DNA of 64,000 nt from Clostridia bacterium (lineage in GTDB: Bacteria > Bacillota > Clostridia > Oscillospirales > CAG-272). The notes beneath the pieces were generated by a model, which worked only from the letters and a program-made list of their open reading frames with translations, was not told the DNA's origin and did not search any database. Of this stretch, positions 18,961 through 28,782 are shown piece by piece. Made by a program: the position numbers and the translations under genes. How positions within the stretch are numbered: position 1 is the first letter of the stretch; each line of letters begins with the position of its first letter. The stretch spans positions 68,224 to 132,223 of the forward strand of contig JAFUIQ010000011.1 of NCBI GenBank assembly GCA_017468385.1, written 5' to 3'.

Positions 18961-19011
18961 AGGAAAATCAAACTTCCTTATGAGAACCAGCCCTTCGCAG
19001 CCGTCTTTTAC

Positions 19012-20937
19012 TTATGCCAGAGGGAATGTCAGGGTGACCTTGAACAGATCCCCATCGGTGCTCAGGGCCAGACGGCCCTTTTGCAGTGCCGTCAGGGAAT
19101 TGGCGATGGACAATCCGAGTCCGCTTCCTTCGGTGGAGCGGGAGGAATCCCCCCGGGTGAATCGCTCCAGCAGCTCCTCACCGGGGATGTTCAGCGGATC
19201 CTGGGACATATTGCGGAAGGTGAAGCAGGCGGATGTGTCCGACGTCTCCAGATTCAGATATACCCGGGATCCGGGCATGGCGTATTTGAGGATGTTGCTC
19301 ATCAGATTGTCAAATACCCGCCACATGAGCCGTCCGTCCGCCAGAATGGTGACGGGATGCTCCGGCTTGGTGACGATCAGCGTCAGATTTCGCCCGGCAA
19401 GACGCTCCTCGTATTCCCCCTCGATCTGGCCGATCAGCATGGCGGCATCGCAGGGGCGAAGATCCACGGCCACGTTGCCCGTGGCGGCCTTGGACGCTTC
19501 AATCAGATCCTCCGTCAGTTTCTTCAGCCGGGAGGACTGCCGATCCAGCACGCGGATGTATTCCGCCATGGGCTCCTCCGTCACGTTCTCTTTCTTCATC
19601 AGATCCACGTAATTGACGATGGAGGTGAGGGGCGTCTTGATGTCGTGGGATACGTTGGTGATCAACTCCGTCCGGAATCGCTCGCTCTTCATCCGCTCCT
19701 CCACCGCACGGCCCATGCCTTCGCCCAGCTGATTCATGGTGTGGGCGAACTTTTTGAAATCTCCCATCAAGTATTCTTCCTCCACGGGGGCATCCAGGTG
19801 TCCTGCCGCCATCCGCTCTCCGCCCACCTGGATCTTTCGCATCATGGACACGGAGGTAAGCAAAATCAGGGCAAGACAGGCATCCTTGATAAGAAGAAAC
19901 AGAATACCGATCATCGGCACCCCGCGGGTGATGAGGAGAATGAGAAGATCCGCCACCCCATTGACCGCGATCAGTATGGCGGTTTTCGGGATCAGGGGGA
20001 TCGATCCCAAAGCGAAGCCGATGAAGCGGAAGAAACGGAAGATGCCGCCGCCGATGAAGCGGAAAACGGGCCATACGATGCGGCGCCAGAGGAACGTGAG
20101 GATGCGCCAGATGAGAAGGACACCCTGCCAGATCACGGTGTTTTTCAGAGTGGTTCCGGACTTTACACGAACGGCCAGACTGGTGAAAAAAACCGTCAGC
20201 AACACCGCATCCACAAAAGCTGCGGCAACGCCGAGGGCGAGCAGAACGCGCCAAGGCAGATCCCACATAGAATCGATGACGGCGATGTGCAGAGCGAATA
20301 GCAGAATGTATCCGCCAAGCAGAAGATCCAGGGGAATCTTGTCAAACCAGCTGCGGGTGATTTCCTCGGATTTGCGCCGATGACCTGCTGTGCACATCAG
20401 AAGGATCAGCAGAATCACATACAGAACGGCACAGCCTGCGGCGATGTAGGGCATCGCGTATCGGAGAGGGAAGAAAGTGCTCAGTCCCTCGTGCAGTGTC
20501 TTATATACATCGCTGTGGGGAAGATCCGGATTCACCTGCAGGGTAACGTGGTATCGCGGGGATTCATAATCGTCGCTGTACCACTCCCGCCGCCAAATGG
20601 TGTACTGTAGTTTTCGGTCTGCCTCCGTGTTCGGGAGGGGAATGTCGGAGGAGGCCACGATGTTGTAAGCATCGTCCTTGATCTGGAACAGTACGTTGGA
20701 GTGCTTGTAAATCTCCGACGGATCATCTCCCCGCAGATGGGCACTCCAGATTTTTTCCTCATCAAGGGCCAGCATCTCACGGAAAACGGTGCTCTCCACA
20801 TACGCCTGGGACATGCGGTCCACATCGCCGGCATAAATGATCACCGACAAAAAAGATGCGGCTACGGCCGTCAGCAGAAGGATCACCGCCAACGCACCGA
20901 GAACTATTTTTGCTGCGCTGCTGTGCAGAAGCTTCAT
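19012..20937 (-). CDS. Membrane sensor histidine kinase
   Basis: NVSHDIKTPLT H-box, NLMSNILKY, ERFTRGD, GSGLGLSI. Confidence 0.95.
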   Translation of the reverse strand: MKLLHSSAAKIVLGALAVILLLTAVAASFLSVIIYAGDVDRMSQAYVESTVFREMLALDEEKIWSAHLRGDDPSEIYKHSNVLFQIKDDAYNIVASSDIPLPNTEADRKLQYTIWRREWYSDDYESPRYHVTLQVNPDLPHSDVYKTLHEGLSTFFPLRYAMPYIAAGCAVLYVILLILLMCTAGHRRKSEEITRSWFDKIPLDLLLGGYILLFALHIAVIDSMWDLPWRVLLALGVAAAFVDAVLLTVFFTSLAVRVKSGTTLKNTVIWQGVLLIWRILTFLWRRIVWPVFRFIGGGIFRFFRFIGFALGSIPLIPKTAILIAVNGVADLLILLITRGVPMIGILFLLIKDACLALILLTSVSMMRKIQVGGERMAAGHLDAPVEEEYLMGDFKKFAHTMNQLGEGMGRAVEERMKSERFRTELITNVSHDIKTPLTSIVNYVDLMKKENVTEEPMAEYIRVLDRQSSRLKKLTEDLIEASKAATGNVAVDLRPCDAAMLIGQIEGEYEERLAGRNLTLIVTKPEHPVTILADGRLMWRVFDNLMSNILKYAMPGSRVYLNLETSDTSACFTFRNMSQDPLNIPGEELLERFTRGDSSRSTEGSGLGLSIANSLTALQKGRLALSTDGDLFKVTLTFPLA

Positions 20938-21641
20938 CGTTTTATACCTCCATCGTTCTTTTCGCCCATTACGTATCCCTGGCCCCAGACCACCCGCAGA
21001 TAGCGGGGCGAGGCGGGATCGATCTCAATCTTTTCCCGCAGATGACGGATATGTACCGCTACGGTGCTTTCCGCCCCGTAGGGGGAATCCTTCCAGACCC
21101 GGCGGTAGATTTCCTTCGGCGGCAGAATCTCCCCCGGATGCTTCATCAGAAGCCGCAGAATCTCGTACTCCGTGGGGGTCAGGGTGAGGGGATCCCCGTC
21201 CAGGGTGACGGTACGGGACCGCTCGGCCAGAGTGATGCCCCCCAGGCGGATTTCATCGTCTCGCCTGGCACCGCCCAAGGTGGTGTACCGTCTGAGTTGG
21301 GAGCGCACCCGGGCGGACAATTCCACCGGATTGAAGGGCTTGGTGACGTAATCGTCCGCGCCGATGTTCAGCCCCAGGATTTTGTCCGTGTCCTCCCCCT
21401 TGGCGGTCAGCAGGATCACGGGCACATTGTATTCCTCCCGCAGGCGGGCGGTGGCACCCAGCCCGTCCATCTTCGGCATCATAATGTCCATCAGCACCAG
21501 ATGGATCTCCTCCCGGGAGAGGATCTCCAGAGCCTCCACGCCGTTTCCCGCGGAGAAGGTTTCGTATCCGTCGGCGTGGAGATAAATCTCCAAAGCCGAC
21601 ACGATGTCTTTTTCGTCATCGCAAATCAGAATGTTGTACAT
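20934..21641 (-). CDS. OmpR-family response regulator
   Basis: ILICDDE, MDIMMP, TKPF, wHTH VWGQGY. Confidence 0.96.
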   Translation of the reverse strand: MYNILICDDEKDIVSALEIYLHADGYETFSAGNGVEALEILSREEIHLVLMDIMMPKMDGLGATARLREEYNVPVILLTAKGEDTDKILGLNIGADDYVTKPFNPVELSARVRSQLRRYTTLGGARRDDEIRLGGITLAERSRTVTLDGDPLTLTPTEYEILRLLMKHPGEILPPKEIYRRVWKDSPYGAESTVAVHIRHLREKIEIDPASPRYLRVVWGQGYVMGEKNDGGIKR

Positions 21642-21717
21642 AGGGCTACCTCTTTACCGATCTCGTTCTCTATATGTATTATAGCAAATGGATCCTTAAT
21701 TGAAAAGTGCAAAGAGT

Positions 21718-21732
21718 TTAAGATTTCTTAAG
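21718..21732. promoter_or_regulatory. Probable OmpR-type binding site (autoregulation)
   Basis: TTAAG-N5-TTAAG direct repeat upstream of TGCTATAAT -10 of the response regulator. Confidence 0.55.
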
Positions 21733-21778
21733 GAATCGGAAAAAGGAAAGAAAAGCCCCGCACAAGGCGGGGCGAGAA

Positions 21779-22948
21779 TCAGGTATTCTTTGGTTTGGTG
21801 ACAATCAGCGCTTTTACGCGCTCACAGAGTTTTTCAAATTCCGGGTGATTGCGAAGAGGATCAAAATCTTTTCTCGTTAGCGCAGCCAAATGTTCGCTGG
21901 GATGCAAACAGGTTCCGGTCATCATACCGTTCATGGTTGTAGTAATAAAAATCATTCGCTCCTTTAAAGCATCCGGATCGTTGTGGACGGTATGCCAACT
22001 CTCTTTTGCACTCCATTCCATTCCATCGAGAAAACGGCAGGAAGTGGGCAATTGCACCTTGGTTGTGATTTTCATGGTTTCTTCCAACAGATTCACCACC
22101 GATTCTGCTTTCGCTATTGCTTCGTCCAATTTGCCACCAGCAGCCAGTCGAGCAGCGGATTTGAGTCCCAATTCAATCCGATCCTGTACCCACATATCCG
22201 GTCGGTCATCCTCGGCATCGCAGCGAATGCATGACAGTATCGTTTCCATAAATTGATCAGCCGCTGCTTTATTTTCGCTGCTTTCTCCCCATTTTAACAG
22301 ATTGCTTGGGTAAAGCAGGCCTTCGAAGGCTTTGTATAGTTGATATCTGCGTTCGGGCTCGAATTTTTCCGCGTCCCCGCGACGCAGATATCTTCTGAAC
22401 AGCAACGCACGTTCCGAGCAATCAAAGGAAGTGGTATGCTTTTTCAGAAAATCAGGCAAATGCTCTTCATCCTCAATATCTGCCATGGTTTGAATGGTGT
22501 GGGGATGCATCGGATTACGTTCCAGATACGCTTCCGCCAGCAAGCGCACCTCGGGCAGTATTTTGGGATCACGGAAAGCCCGGTCGTTTCCTTCACTCCA
22601 CGGACGCCAGGCGGAGTCGCTGCCCAGATAATTTCTGCGTATGTCACGAAGAAGATGTACAATTTTATCCGCATCATAATCCCGTTTCATACACTCGCGC
22701 CGGAGCTCGTCGAATGTTTTTTCAGCGCGTTTTTCTTTTTCGATCTGCGGCATGCCGAGAAGCTCGTCAACCGACACAGAAAGCACCTCGGCAATGGCAG
22801 GGATCAGTTCCAGATCGGGATAGGTGGTGCCGTTTTCCCAGCGGCTGATCGATTGATACGTTACGCCCAAGCACTCGGCCAGGGCTTCCTGGGTCAGATC
22901 GTTTTTCTTTCGGAAACGGCGGATATTCTCACCGATAGTCAGTTTCAT
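21779..22948 (-). CDS. XRE-family HTH regulator with long C-terminal domain
   Basis: IGENIRRFRKKNDLTQEALAECLGVTYQSISRWENG..PD. Confidence 0.9.
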   Translation of the reverse strand: MKLTIGENIRRFRKKNDLTQEALAECLGVTYQSISRWENGTTYPDLELIPAIAEVLSVSVDELLGMPQIEKEKRAEKTFDELRRECMKRDYDADKIVHLLRDIRRNYLGSDSAWRPWSEGNDRAFRDPKILPEVRLLAEAYLERNPMHPHTIQTMADIEDEEHLPDFLKKHTTSFDCSERALLFRRYLRRGDAEKFEPERRYQLYKAFEGLLYPSNLLKWGESSENKAAADQFMETILSCIRCDAEDDRPDMWVQDRIELGLKSAARLAAGGKLDEAIAKAESVVNLLEETMKITTKVQLPTSCRFLDGMEWSAKESWHTVHNDPDALKERMIFITTTMNGMMTGTCLHPSEHLAALTRKDFDPLRNHPEFEKLCERVKALIVTKPKNT

Positions 22949-23115
22949 AATTTCCTCCTTGTGGGGTTTTCTTCAGCCCTGCAAAGCGTTTTCTCTGTCG
23001 ACATCTTTATTTTACAGTAGGGGCAGACGAAAATCAATAACGCATTTAGTGAGAAAAATTATCAGTATATGTTAGGTTTTCCCGGGCGATCGTACCCGCA
23101 TCCCCACAAGAAAAA

Positions 23116-23140
23116 ACACCACCGAGCGACCCGGTGGTGT
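23116..23140 (-). terminator. Terminator
   Basis: ACACCACCG/CGGTGGTGT with adjacent A run. Confidence 0.75.
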
Positions 23141-23156
23141 CTTTGCGTTTATTTCA

Positions 23157-24152
23157 TCAATAGGGGAAGATTCCGTTTTGTACGTGCTTTTTGTAGGTGT
23201 CCTCGCTGACCATGGATTCGGTGACGATCAGCCGATTGAACACGCCGAATCCGCCCTCCTCGCCCGCGTTCAGAACGATGCTCTTCACCTCGGGGAAGCG
23301 GAAGCCGACGCGCAGATTGTCAAACAGGGCATTGAATCGCTTGTCTGCTTTTACGACGGTATGAATACCTCCGCCGGGGCCGTACCAATAGGCGAAGCAT
23401 CCGGTAAACTGGCTGCGGCAGCAGTCTGCCACGCGGAATCCCACGCCGTACTGATCGCTGTAGCAGTAGTAGTACCAGTTGTTGGTGTTTTCATCCCAGA
23501 ACGCGCAGGCGTCGGCGTAATCCGAATAGTTCCCGCTGTACAACGGATGCACGTTCTGCAAAGCGTTGCCGCCGGTCTTGATGCGCACGCCCACATGGGC
23601 ACGGCAGATGCGCATATTGGTCAGGGTATTGTCCGCGCCCTCGATCAGCACGCCTACAGAATCCTTCGTGCCGGTGCAGGTGATGTTCACGCCGGAAATG
23701 TCGCTGTCGGAGGAGCCGCTGTTGGCGCCGTGCTTGATATGGATACCCATGATCACGTGCTTGATGGAGGTGTCCCGGATCACGGTTTCCCGGCCGCTGT
23801 CGATGGAGATGCCGTTTGCCACGTTATTGCCGTCCACGATGCCGCCGCTGAAGAAATAATTGCTTCCGTTTTCAAAGATGTTGTTGGCGGGGTGAATGGC
23901 GCCCAGACGGACCATGGCCTCCGGCGAATCCCAATCGGGGGATGCCTGGAACACTGCAAAGGAAGCCAGCTGCAGGGATACGCTTTTCGCCGGATCGGCG
24001 GGGGTGCAGATGGGCTTTCTCAGCCGATACACGCCGTCAGGGAAAAAGATGGTGCGATTGGGGTTTTCGTCAATCAGTTGCTGGATGGCATCCGACGCAT
24101 CCGTGATGCCGTCCCGCGGCACATTGTCCGCCACAAGATATGCTGTGTTCAT
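23157..24152 (-). CDS. Pectate-lyase-superfamily / GH28-related beta-helix protein
   Basis: DGITDASDAIQQLID..TIFFPDGVY N-terminal motif; beta-helix-like repeats; no signal peptide. Confidence 0.75.
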   Translation of the reverse strand: MNTAYLVADNVPRDGITDASDAIQQLIDENPNRTIFFPDGVYRLRKPICTPADPAKSVSLQLASFAVFQASPDWDSPEAMVRLGAIHPANNIFENGSNYFFSGGIVDGNNVANGISIDSGRETVIRDTSIKHVIMGIHIKHGANSGSSDSDISGVNITCTGTKDSVGVLIEGADNTLTNMRICRAHVGVRIKTGGNALQNVHPLYSGNYSDYADACAFWDENTNNWYYYCYSDQYGVGFRVADCCRSQFTGCFAYWYGPGGGIHTVVKADKRFNALFDNLRVGFRFPEVKSIVLNAGEEGGFGVFNRLIVTESMVSEDTYKKHVQNGIFPY

Positions 24153-24210
24153 GTTTGATTCCTCCGCCTGTGCGAGTTTTTTCTCATTTTAAAATATGCC
24201 GGGGAGGATG

Positions 24211-25758
24211 TCAAGGGTGCGGCCGCTTTTTATAAAAAAACAGACCGTTTTCTGTGAGGAGCAAACACAGCAAGTACAAAAGGATGACTGCCGCGATCCG
24301 CACACCGCACATTCCGCCCGCGCCGATCAGCGGGACTGACGGGAATCCGGAGAGAAAATGGATGGCGGATGTGGCGAAGATCACGCACAGAAGGGGACGG
24401 AGCACCCAACTGCCCACCCGGGGGCGCAGTCCCGTCACCTGCAGAAGACGGCTGATGGAGAGCGCGGCGTTCATCAATTCGCAGGAGTACTGCACGAAAA
24501 AGTATCCCGCCAGCCCGAAGCGGGGGATCAGGAGCAGCACAAGGATCAGACAGCAGAAGGAATCGACGATGTTCACACGCATGCAGTACACCTGCTCCCC
24601 CAGCCCCTTCAGCATCGCGTCCACGGCGGTGTCCAGATACATCACGGGGATCAGCGGGGCAATTCGTGCCAGCTGCAGCGCCGCATCGGTGCCGGGATAG
24701 AGGGCGGTGCCCAGATCGTAAGCGAAGCTGAGGAAGATGCCCGCCGTGCCGATGGCGAACAGCAGGGAAGTGCGCATGACCTTTCCCGCGATGGCGCGGA
24801 TTTTGTCCGTTTCGCCCCGGGCCTGGAATTCGGTGAATTCCGGTATCAGCAATCCCGCAAAGGCGCCCAGCACCGCCGAGGGGAAAAAGATCAGCGGATA
24901 CACCATCCCATGCAGAACGCCGTAGGAGGCCAGGGCGGACGAGGCGGATGCGCCGTTCTTCCGGAATCCCCACGGGATGGCCAGATGCTCCGCCGTCAGC
25001 AGGCCCTGCCGGGCATAGGCTCCCACCGCCACGGGAAAGGCGGTGTGGAACACCTGCGAAAAGGCTGACGGGATCGAATGGGAATCCCCCCGCCTCCGGC
25101 GGAGACTGTCCCGCAGATACAATAGCAGGGACGTGATCATGGATGCCCCCTCCGAGAGAGCAGCCCCGCCCACCACGGCCAGACAGGCGTATTCGATCCC
25201 CGCCGGGGCAAACAGAAGCAGGGCCGATGCGGTGAGGCTGATCTTCACAAACTGCTCCAGCACGGATACGAGGGCGTTTTTGTACACGCGGCGTACCCCC
25301 GTAAAGTATCCCGCCAGGGCGGAGGAGAGGGATATGGCGGGCAAACTGCCGGCCAGCACCCGCAAAGAGGGGATCGTCCGAGTGTCTCCCAGCAGATGGA
25401 TGCCGATCGCCTCCGAGGCGGAAAACAGGATCAGGGCGGCACCGATCCCGAACAGAAGACTGTAGGCGATGCACCCCCGCATCACCCGCCGCAGCCGGGC
25501 GGATCCGTGGGCAAAATCTTCCACTTCGCTTTCGCTGAGGGCGCGGGCGGTCAATCGCACTGCCGCCAGATTGACGCCGGATGTAGCCACGGTGACGGAC
25601 AGGCCGTATACGCTCATCACCAGCGTCACGAGGCCCATGCCCTCTGCCCCCACCTTGGCGGATACATAGGTGTTGAAGCTGACGGTAACAAACCGCAGAA
25701 ACAGTTGCACGCCCGCCAGGAGCGCGGCGTTTCGGAAAAAACGTTGGCCGTTTCGCAT
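24211..25758 (-). CDS. spoVB: SpoVB-like MOP/MurJ-family flippase
   Basis: VGAEGMGL, EQFVKI, YGVLHGMVYPLIFFP, LKGLGEQ; many TM helices. Confidence 0.8.
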   Translation of the reverse strand: MRNGQRFFRNAALLAGVQLFLRFVTVSFNTYVSAKVGAEGMGLVTLVMSVYGLSVTVATSGVNLAAVRLTARALSESEVEDFAHGSARLRRVMRGCIAYSLLFGIGAALILFSASEAIGIHLLGDTRTIPSLRVLAGSLPAISLSSALAGYFTGVRRVYKNALVSVLEQFVKISLTASALLLFAPAGIEYACLAVVGGAALSEGASMITSLLLYLRDSLRRRRGDSHSIPSAFSQVFHTAFPVAVGAYARQGLLTAEHLAIPWGFRKNGASASSALASYGVLHGMVYPLIFFPSAVLGAFAGLLIPEFTEFQARGETDKIRAIAGKVMRTSLLFAIGTAGIFLSFAYDLGTALYPGTDAALQLARIAPLIPVMYLDTAVDAMLKGLGEQVYCMRVNIVDSFCCLILVLLLIPRFGLAGYFFVQYSCELMNAALSISRLLQVTGLRPRVGSWVLRPLLCVIFATSAIHFLSGFPSVPLIGAGGMCGVRIAAVILLYLLCLLLTENGLFFYKKRPHP

Positions 25759-25795
25759 GGGTGGTGATCCTTCTCCCTGATGAATTGTTTCGGTA

Positions 25796-25825
25796 ATGTG
25801 TATGGCGGAGGCGGTTTTTCTATGC
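25796..25825 (-). promoter_or_regulatory. sigmaE-like sporulation promoter of spoVB
   Basis: GCATAGA-14-CATACACA on minus strand. Confidence 0.5.
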
Positions 25826-25937
25826 ATCGGCGGCGGTCGGTGCAGGATTTTGGGGGAATCTTTCACTTCGGCTATTGCAATCGGGGGCACTTCTTGGTAA
25901 AATAAAATAAGAGATTTTTTGTCCGGGAGAATATATA

Positions 25938-26426
25938 ATGGAAAGAGTTTCCAAGGAAAATTATTATCTGGATATTGCACAGACCGTGGCGGAGCGCAGC
26001 ACCTGTCTTCGCCGCTGCTACGGTGCGATCATTGTAAAGGATGACACCATTGTGTCCACCGGCTACAACGGTGCTCCCCGTGGCCGCAAGAACTGCAGCG
26101 ACCTGGGATACTGTATGCGGGAGAAATTGCAGATCCCCCGCGGGGAGCGGTATGAGATGTGCCGGTCCCTCCACTCGGAGGCCAATGCCATTATTGCCGC
26201 CGCCCGGGAGCGGATGCTGGGCGCCACGCTGTACATGTGCTGCATCGATCCCGCGACCCATGCGGTGGTGGGCGGCACCTGCTCCTGCGCTATGTGCAAG
26301 CGAATGATCATCAACGCGGGCATTGAGACCGTGGTGGTCCGGGAAGATAAGGATACCTACACCGTGTATCCCGTGCAGGATTGGATCGAGAACGACGACA
26401 GCCTGAGTGGCGAGTTCGGGTATTGA
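25938..26426 (+). CDS. dCMP/cytidine deaminase (ComEB-like)
   Basis: RSTCLRR, TGYNG, HSEANA, CAMC. Confidence 0.92.
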   Translation: MERVSKENYYLDIAQTVAERSTCLRRCYGAIIVKDDTIVSTGYNGAPRGRKNCSDLGYCMREKLQIPRGERYEMCRSLHSEANAIIAAARERMLGATLYMCCIDPATHAVVGGTCSCAMCKRMIINAGIETVVVREDKDTYTVYPVQDWIENDDSLSGEFGY

Positions 26427-26436
26427 GGCGGTATAT

Positions 26437-27057
26437 ATGCGGAAAACAGCCCTGCTTCTTGCCTTGCTTCTGTGCGCCTCCCTGCTTGTTTCCTGCGGGG
26501 ATTCTCTGGCATCCTTCCAATACAAAAACGGAAAATACGCCGTGGGTAAGGATGTGTACCTTCCTGCGGATCTGATCTACGAGCCCACCTATGTGGGGGA
26601 GGCATACGCCTTTTATAAGCGCGGCAACATCACATTGTATCGGATCGGGGACAACGATCCCTCCCTTTGGCTGACGGAGGAATACGTCAGCGGCATGACC
26701 ACGGTGTTCCACGCGGAGTCCATCACCCTGCCCACCCTTGCCGATTTGGATGCGGAGAAGGTGATCGTGTGCCGGCCCGGGGAGATTACGGTTGCGCTGT
26801 TTGATATCACGGACAAAGAGACCATCCGCACCCTGACGAATCTGTACGAACAGGGGGAGGAGGCAGACATGCCCCTCACCGATGCGGATGTGGAATATGA
26901 ATTGAAATTTTATTCTCCCGATTGGCCCCAGATCTATATGAATCTGTCCTGCCTGCAGTACGGGGAGGATATGTATCTGTATGATAACGCCGCCCACCGG
27001 GGCGTCGCCCTGGGCGATCTGTTGGACGGATATTTTGCGGACGGGGCACAGCCGTGA
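26437..27057 (+). CDS. Lipoprotein, hypothetical
   Basis: Signal peptide with LVSC lipobox. Confidence 0.8.
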   Translation: MRKTALLLALLLCASLLVSCGDSLASFQYKNGKYAVGKDVYLPADLIYEPTYVGEAYAFYKRGNITLYRIGDNDPSLWLTEEYVSGMTTVFHAESITLPTLADLDAEKVIVCRPGEITVALFDITDKETIRTLTNLYEQGEEADMPLTDADVEYELKFYSPDWPQIYMNLSCLQYGEDMYLYDNAAHRGVALGDLLDGYFADGAQP

Positions 27058-27521
27058 TGGAGTATCGGATCGTACCGCTGTGCGGAGCGCTTACGGAGGC
27101 GGCCGCCCGGATGGAATCGGAATGCTTCGGGGAGGAAATCACCGCCGAAGCCCTGTCCCGCTTTGCGGATGCGCCGGCCAATCACTATTTCTGCGCAGTG
27201 GGGGCGGACGGAGATCTGCTGGGCTACGGGGGCATATCCCTGGTGGCCGATGAGGCGGAGATCATCACGGTGGCCGTGTCGCCGGTGTATCGCCGCCGGG
27301 GCATCGCCCGCGCTTTGATGGAGCATATGCTTCGCCTGGCGGCGGATGCGGGTGCCGCGGTGTATCTGGAGGTCCGCGCCTCCAATATTCCAGCCAGAGA
27401 ATTGTATCGTGTCCTCGGCTTCGCCGAAACGGGCATGCGGAAAAATTACTATAGCGCACCGCGGGAGGATGCGGTCCTTATGATGCGTCCCGCCGGTGCT
27501 CAGGAGACATTGTTATGCTGA
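27054..27521 (+). CDS. rimI: Ribosomal-protein-alanine N-acetyltransferase
   Basis: VAVSPVYRRRGIA, LEVRASN, RKNYY..EDA. Confidence 0.92.
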   Translation: MMEYRIVPLCGALTEAAARMESECFGEEITAEALSRFADAPANHYFCAVGADGDLLGYGGISLVADEAEIITVAVSPVYRRRGIARALMEHMLRLAADAGAAVYLEVRASNIPARELYRVLGFAETGMRKNYYSAPREDAVLMMRPAGAQETLLC

Positions 27522-28573
27522 TTCTTGCCATTGAAAGTTCCTGCGATGAAACGGCTGCTGCCGTTGTGGAGATGGAACAGGGCCTGCGCCGAATCCGCTC
27601 CTCGGTGGTGGCGTCGCAGGTGGATGTACATGCCCTGTATGGCGGCGTGGTGCCGGAAATCGCCAGCCGGGCTCATATTGAAGCCATCTCCGGGGTGGTG
27701 AGCCGTGCCCTGACCGAGGCGGAGATGACCATGGAGGATATCGACGCCATCGGCGTTACCTATGCTCCGGGCCTGATCGGATCCCTGCTGGTGGGCGTCA
27801 GCTTCGCCAAAGGATTGGCTTTCGCCCACGGCAAGCCGCTGGTGGGCGTGAATCACATCAAGGGCCACGCGGCCGCGGCCTATCTGACGGATGAGACGCT
27901 GGAAGCGCCCTTCTGCGCGCTGATCGTGTCCGGTGGACACACCTCTTTGTACGATGTGACGTGCCCCACCTCCTTTGTGGAGATCGGCGGCACAAGAGAC
28001 GATGCGGCCGGTGAGGCTTTTGATAAAGTGGGCCGCGTGATGGGACTGCCTTATCCCGGCGGTGCCGCCATGGATCGGCTGGCCACGGCGGGATTTGCCA
28101 ACGGACGGGGGGAGATGTTCCGCTTTCCGTCCCCGGCCGTCCATGACGAATCCTATGATTATTCCTTCAGCGGGCTGAAAACCGCTGTTATCAATCAGAT
28201 CCATACCATCCGCCAGCGGTTGAATCTGGGGGACGATGGAGAACTGCCGGAGGATATCCGGGAGGGCATTGCCGCTTCCTTCACCCGTGCCGTGGTGGAT
28301 GGGGTGACGGCCAAACTGCGCCGCGCCATCACGGAAAAGAAGATCCGCCGCCTGGTTCTGGCGGGGGGCGTGGCCGCCAATTCCCATTTGCGTGCGGCGG
28401 TGGAATCGGTGGCGAAGGAGATGGGCGTAACCCTCACGGTGCCGCCGCTTTCCCTGTGCGGAGACAATGCCGCCATGATCGGTGCTCAGGCCTATTTTGA
28501 GGTTTTGGCGGGGAATTTTGCTGACGAATCCCTGAACGCATACGCTTCCGATGAGGAGGCGGCGTTCGTTTAA
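27515..28573 (+). CDS. tsaD: t6A threonylcarbamoyltransferase TsaD
   Basis: IESSCDET, GGVVPEIASRAH, VSGGHT, DDAAGEAFDK, DNAAMI. Confidence 0.97.
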   Translation: MLILAIESSCDETAAAVVEMEQGLRRIRSSVVASQVDVHALYGGVVPEIASRAHIEAISGVVSRALTEAEMTMEDIDAIGVTYAPGLIGSLLVGVSFAKGLAFAHGKPLVGVNHIKGHAAAAYLTDETLEAPFCALIVSGGHTSLYDVTCPTSFVEIGGTRDDAAGEAFDKVGRVMGLPYPGGAAMDRLATAGFANGRGEMFRFPSPAVHDESYDYSFSGLKTAVINQIHTIRQRLNLGDDGELPEDIREGIAASFTRAVVDGVTAKLRRAITEKKIRRLVLAGGVAANSHLRAAVESVAKEMGVTLTVPPLSLCGDNAAMIGAQAYFEVLAGNFADESLNAYASDEEAAFV

Positions 28574-28628
28574 ATCCTGCCTAAATCGGCGCATGCCGAA
28601 AGTGGCGAAATGCCATGACACGTGCCAA

Positions 28629-28728
28629 ATATCAACAGGGTTTTCAACAACTTGTGGAAAACTTGGTGTAAATCTCGGAAAACAGCCCCTTTTTCCGCCG
28701 CCGGGCTGTGGGAAACTTCTGTGGAAAC
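28629..28728. promoter_or_regulatory. Cluster of DnaA-box-like 9-mers
   Basis: ATATCAACA, TTTTCAACA (+); TTTTCCACA, TTTCCCACA, GTTTCCACA (-). Confidence 0.6.
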
Positions 28729-28782
28729 CGGCGGAATGTGTTTTTGCTCCCCAAAATTCGAAGAAAATTGTGGTTTTTTGTT

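Larger units (their letters stand above)
18189..19008. mobile_element. Putative inverted-repeat-bounded cassette 1
   Basis: AAAGACGGCTGC-N10-TTCTCATAAGGAAGTT (18189-18226) is matched by its inverted copy AACTTCCTTATGAGAA-N10-GCAGCCGTCTTT (18971-19008); AT-rich interior. Confidence 0.6.

Noticed and set aside
18971-18986. Chromosomal dif site
   Set aside because: Shares ACTTCCT and TTATG fragments with Firmicute dif but lacks the 11-6-11 layout
28574-28782. oriC
   Set aside because: No dnaA/dnaN nearby, no clear AT-rich unwinding element, few perfect boxes
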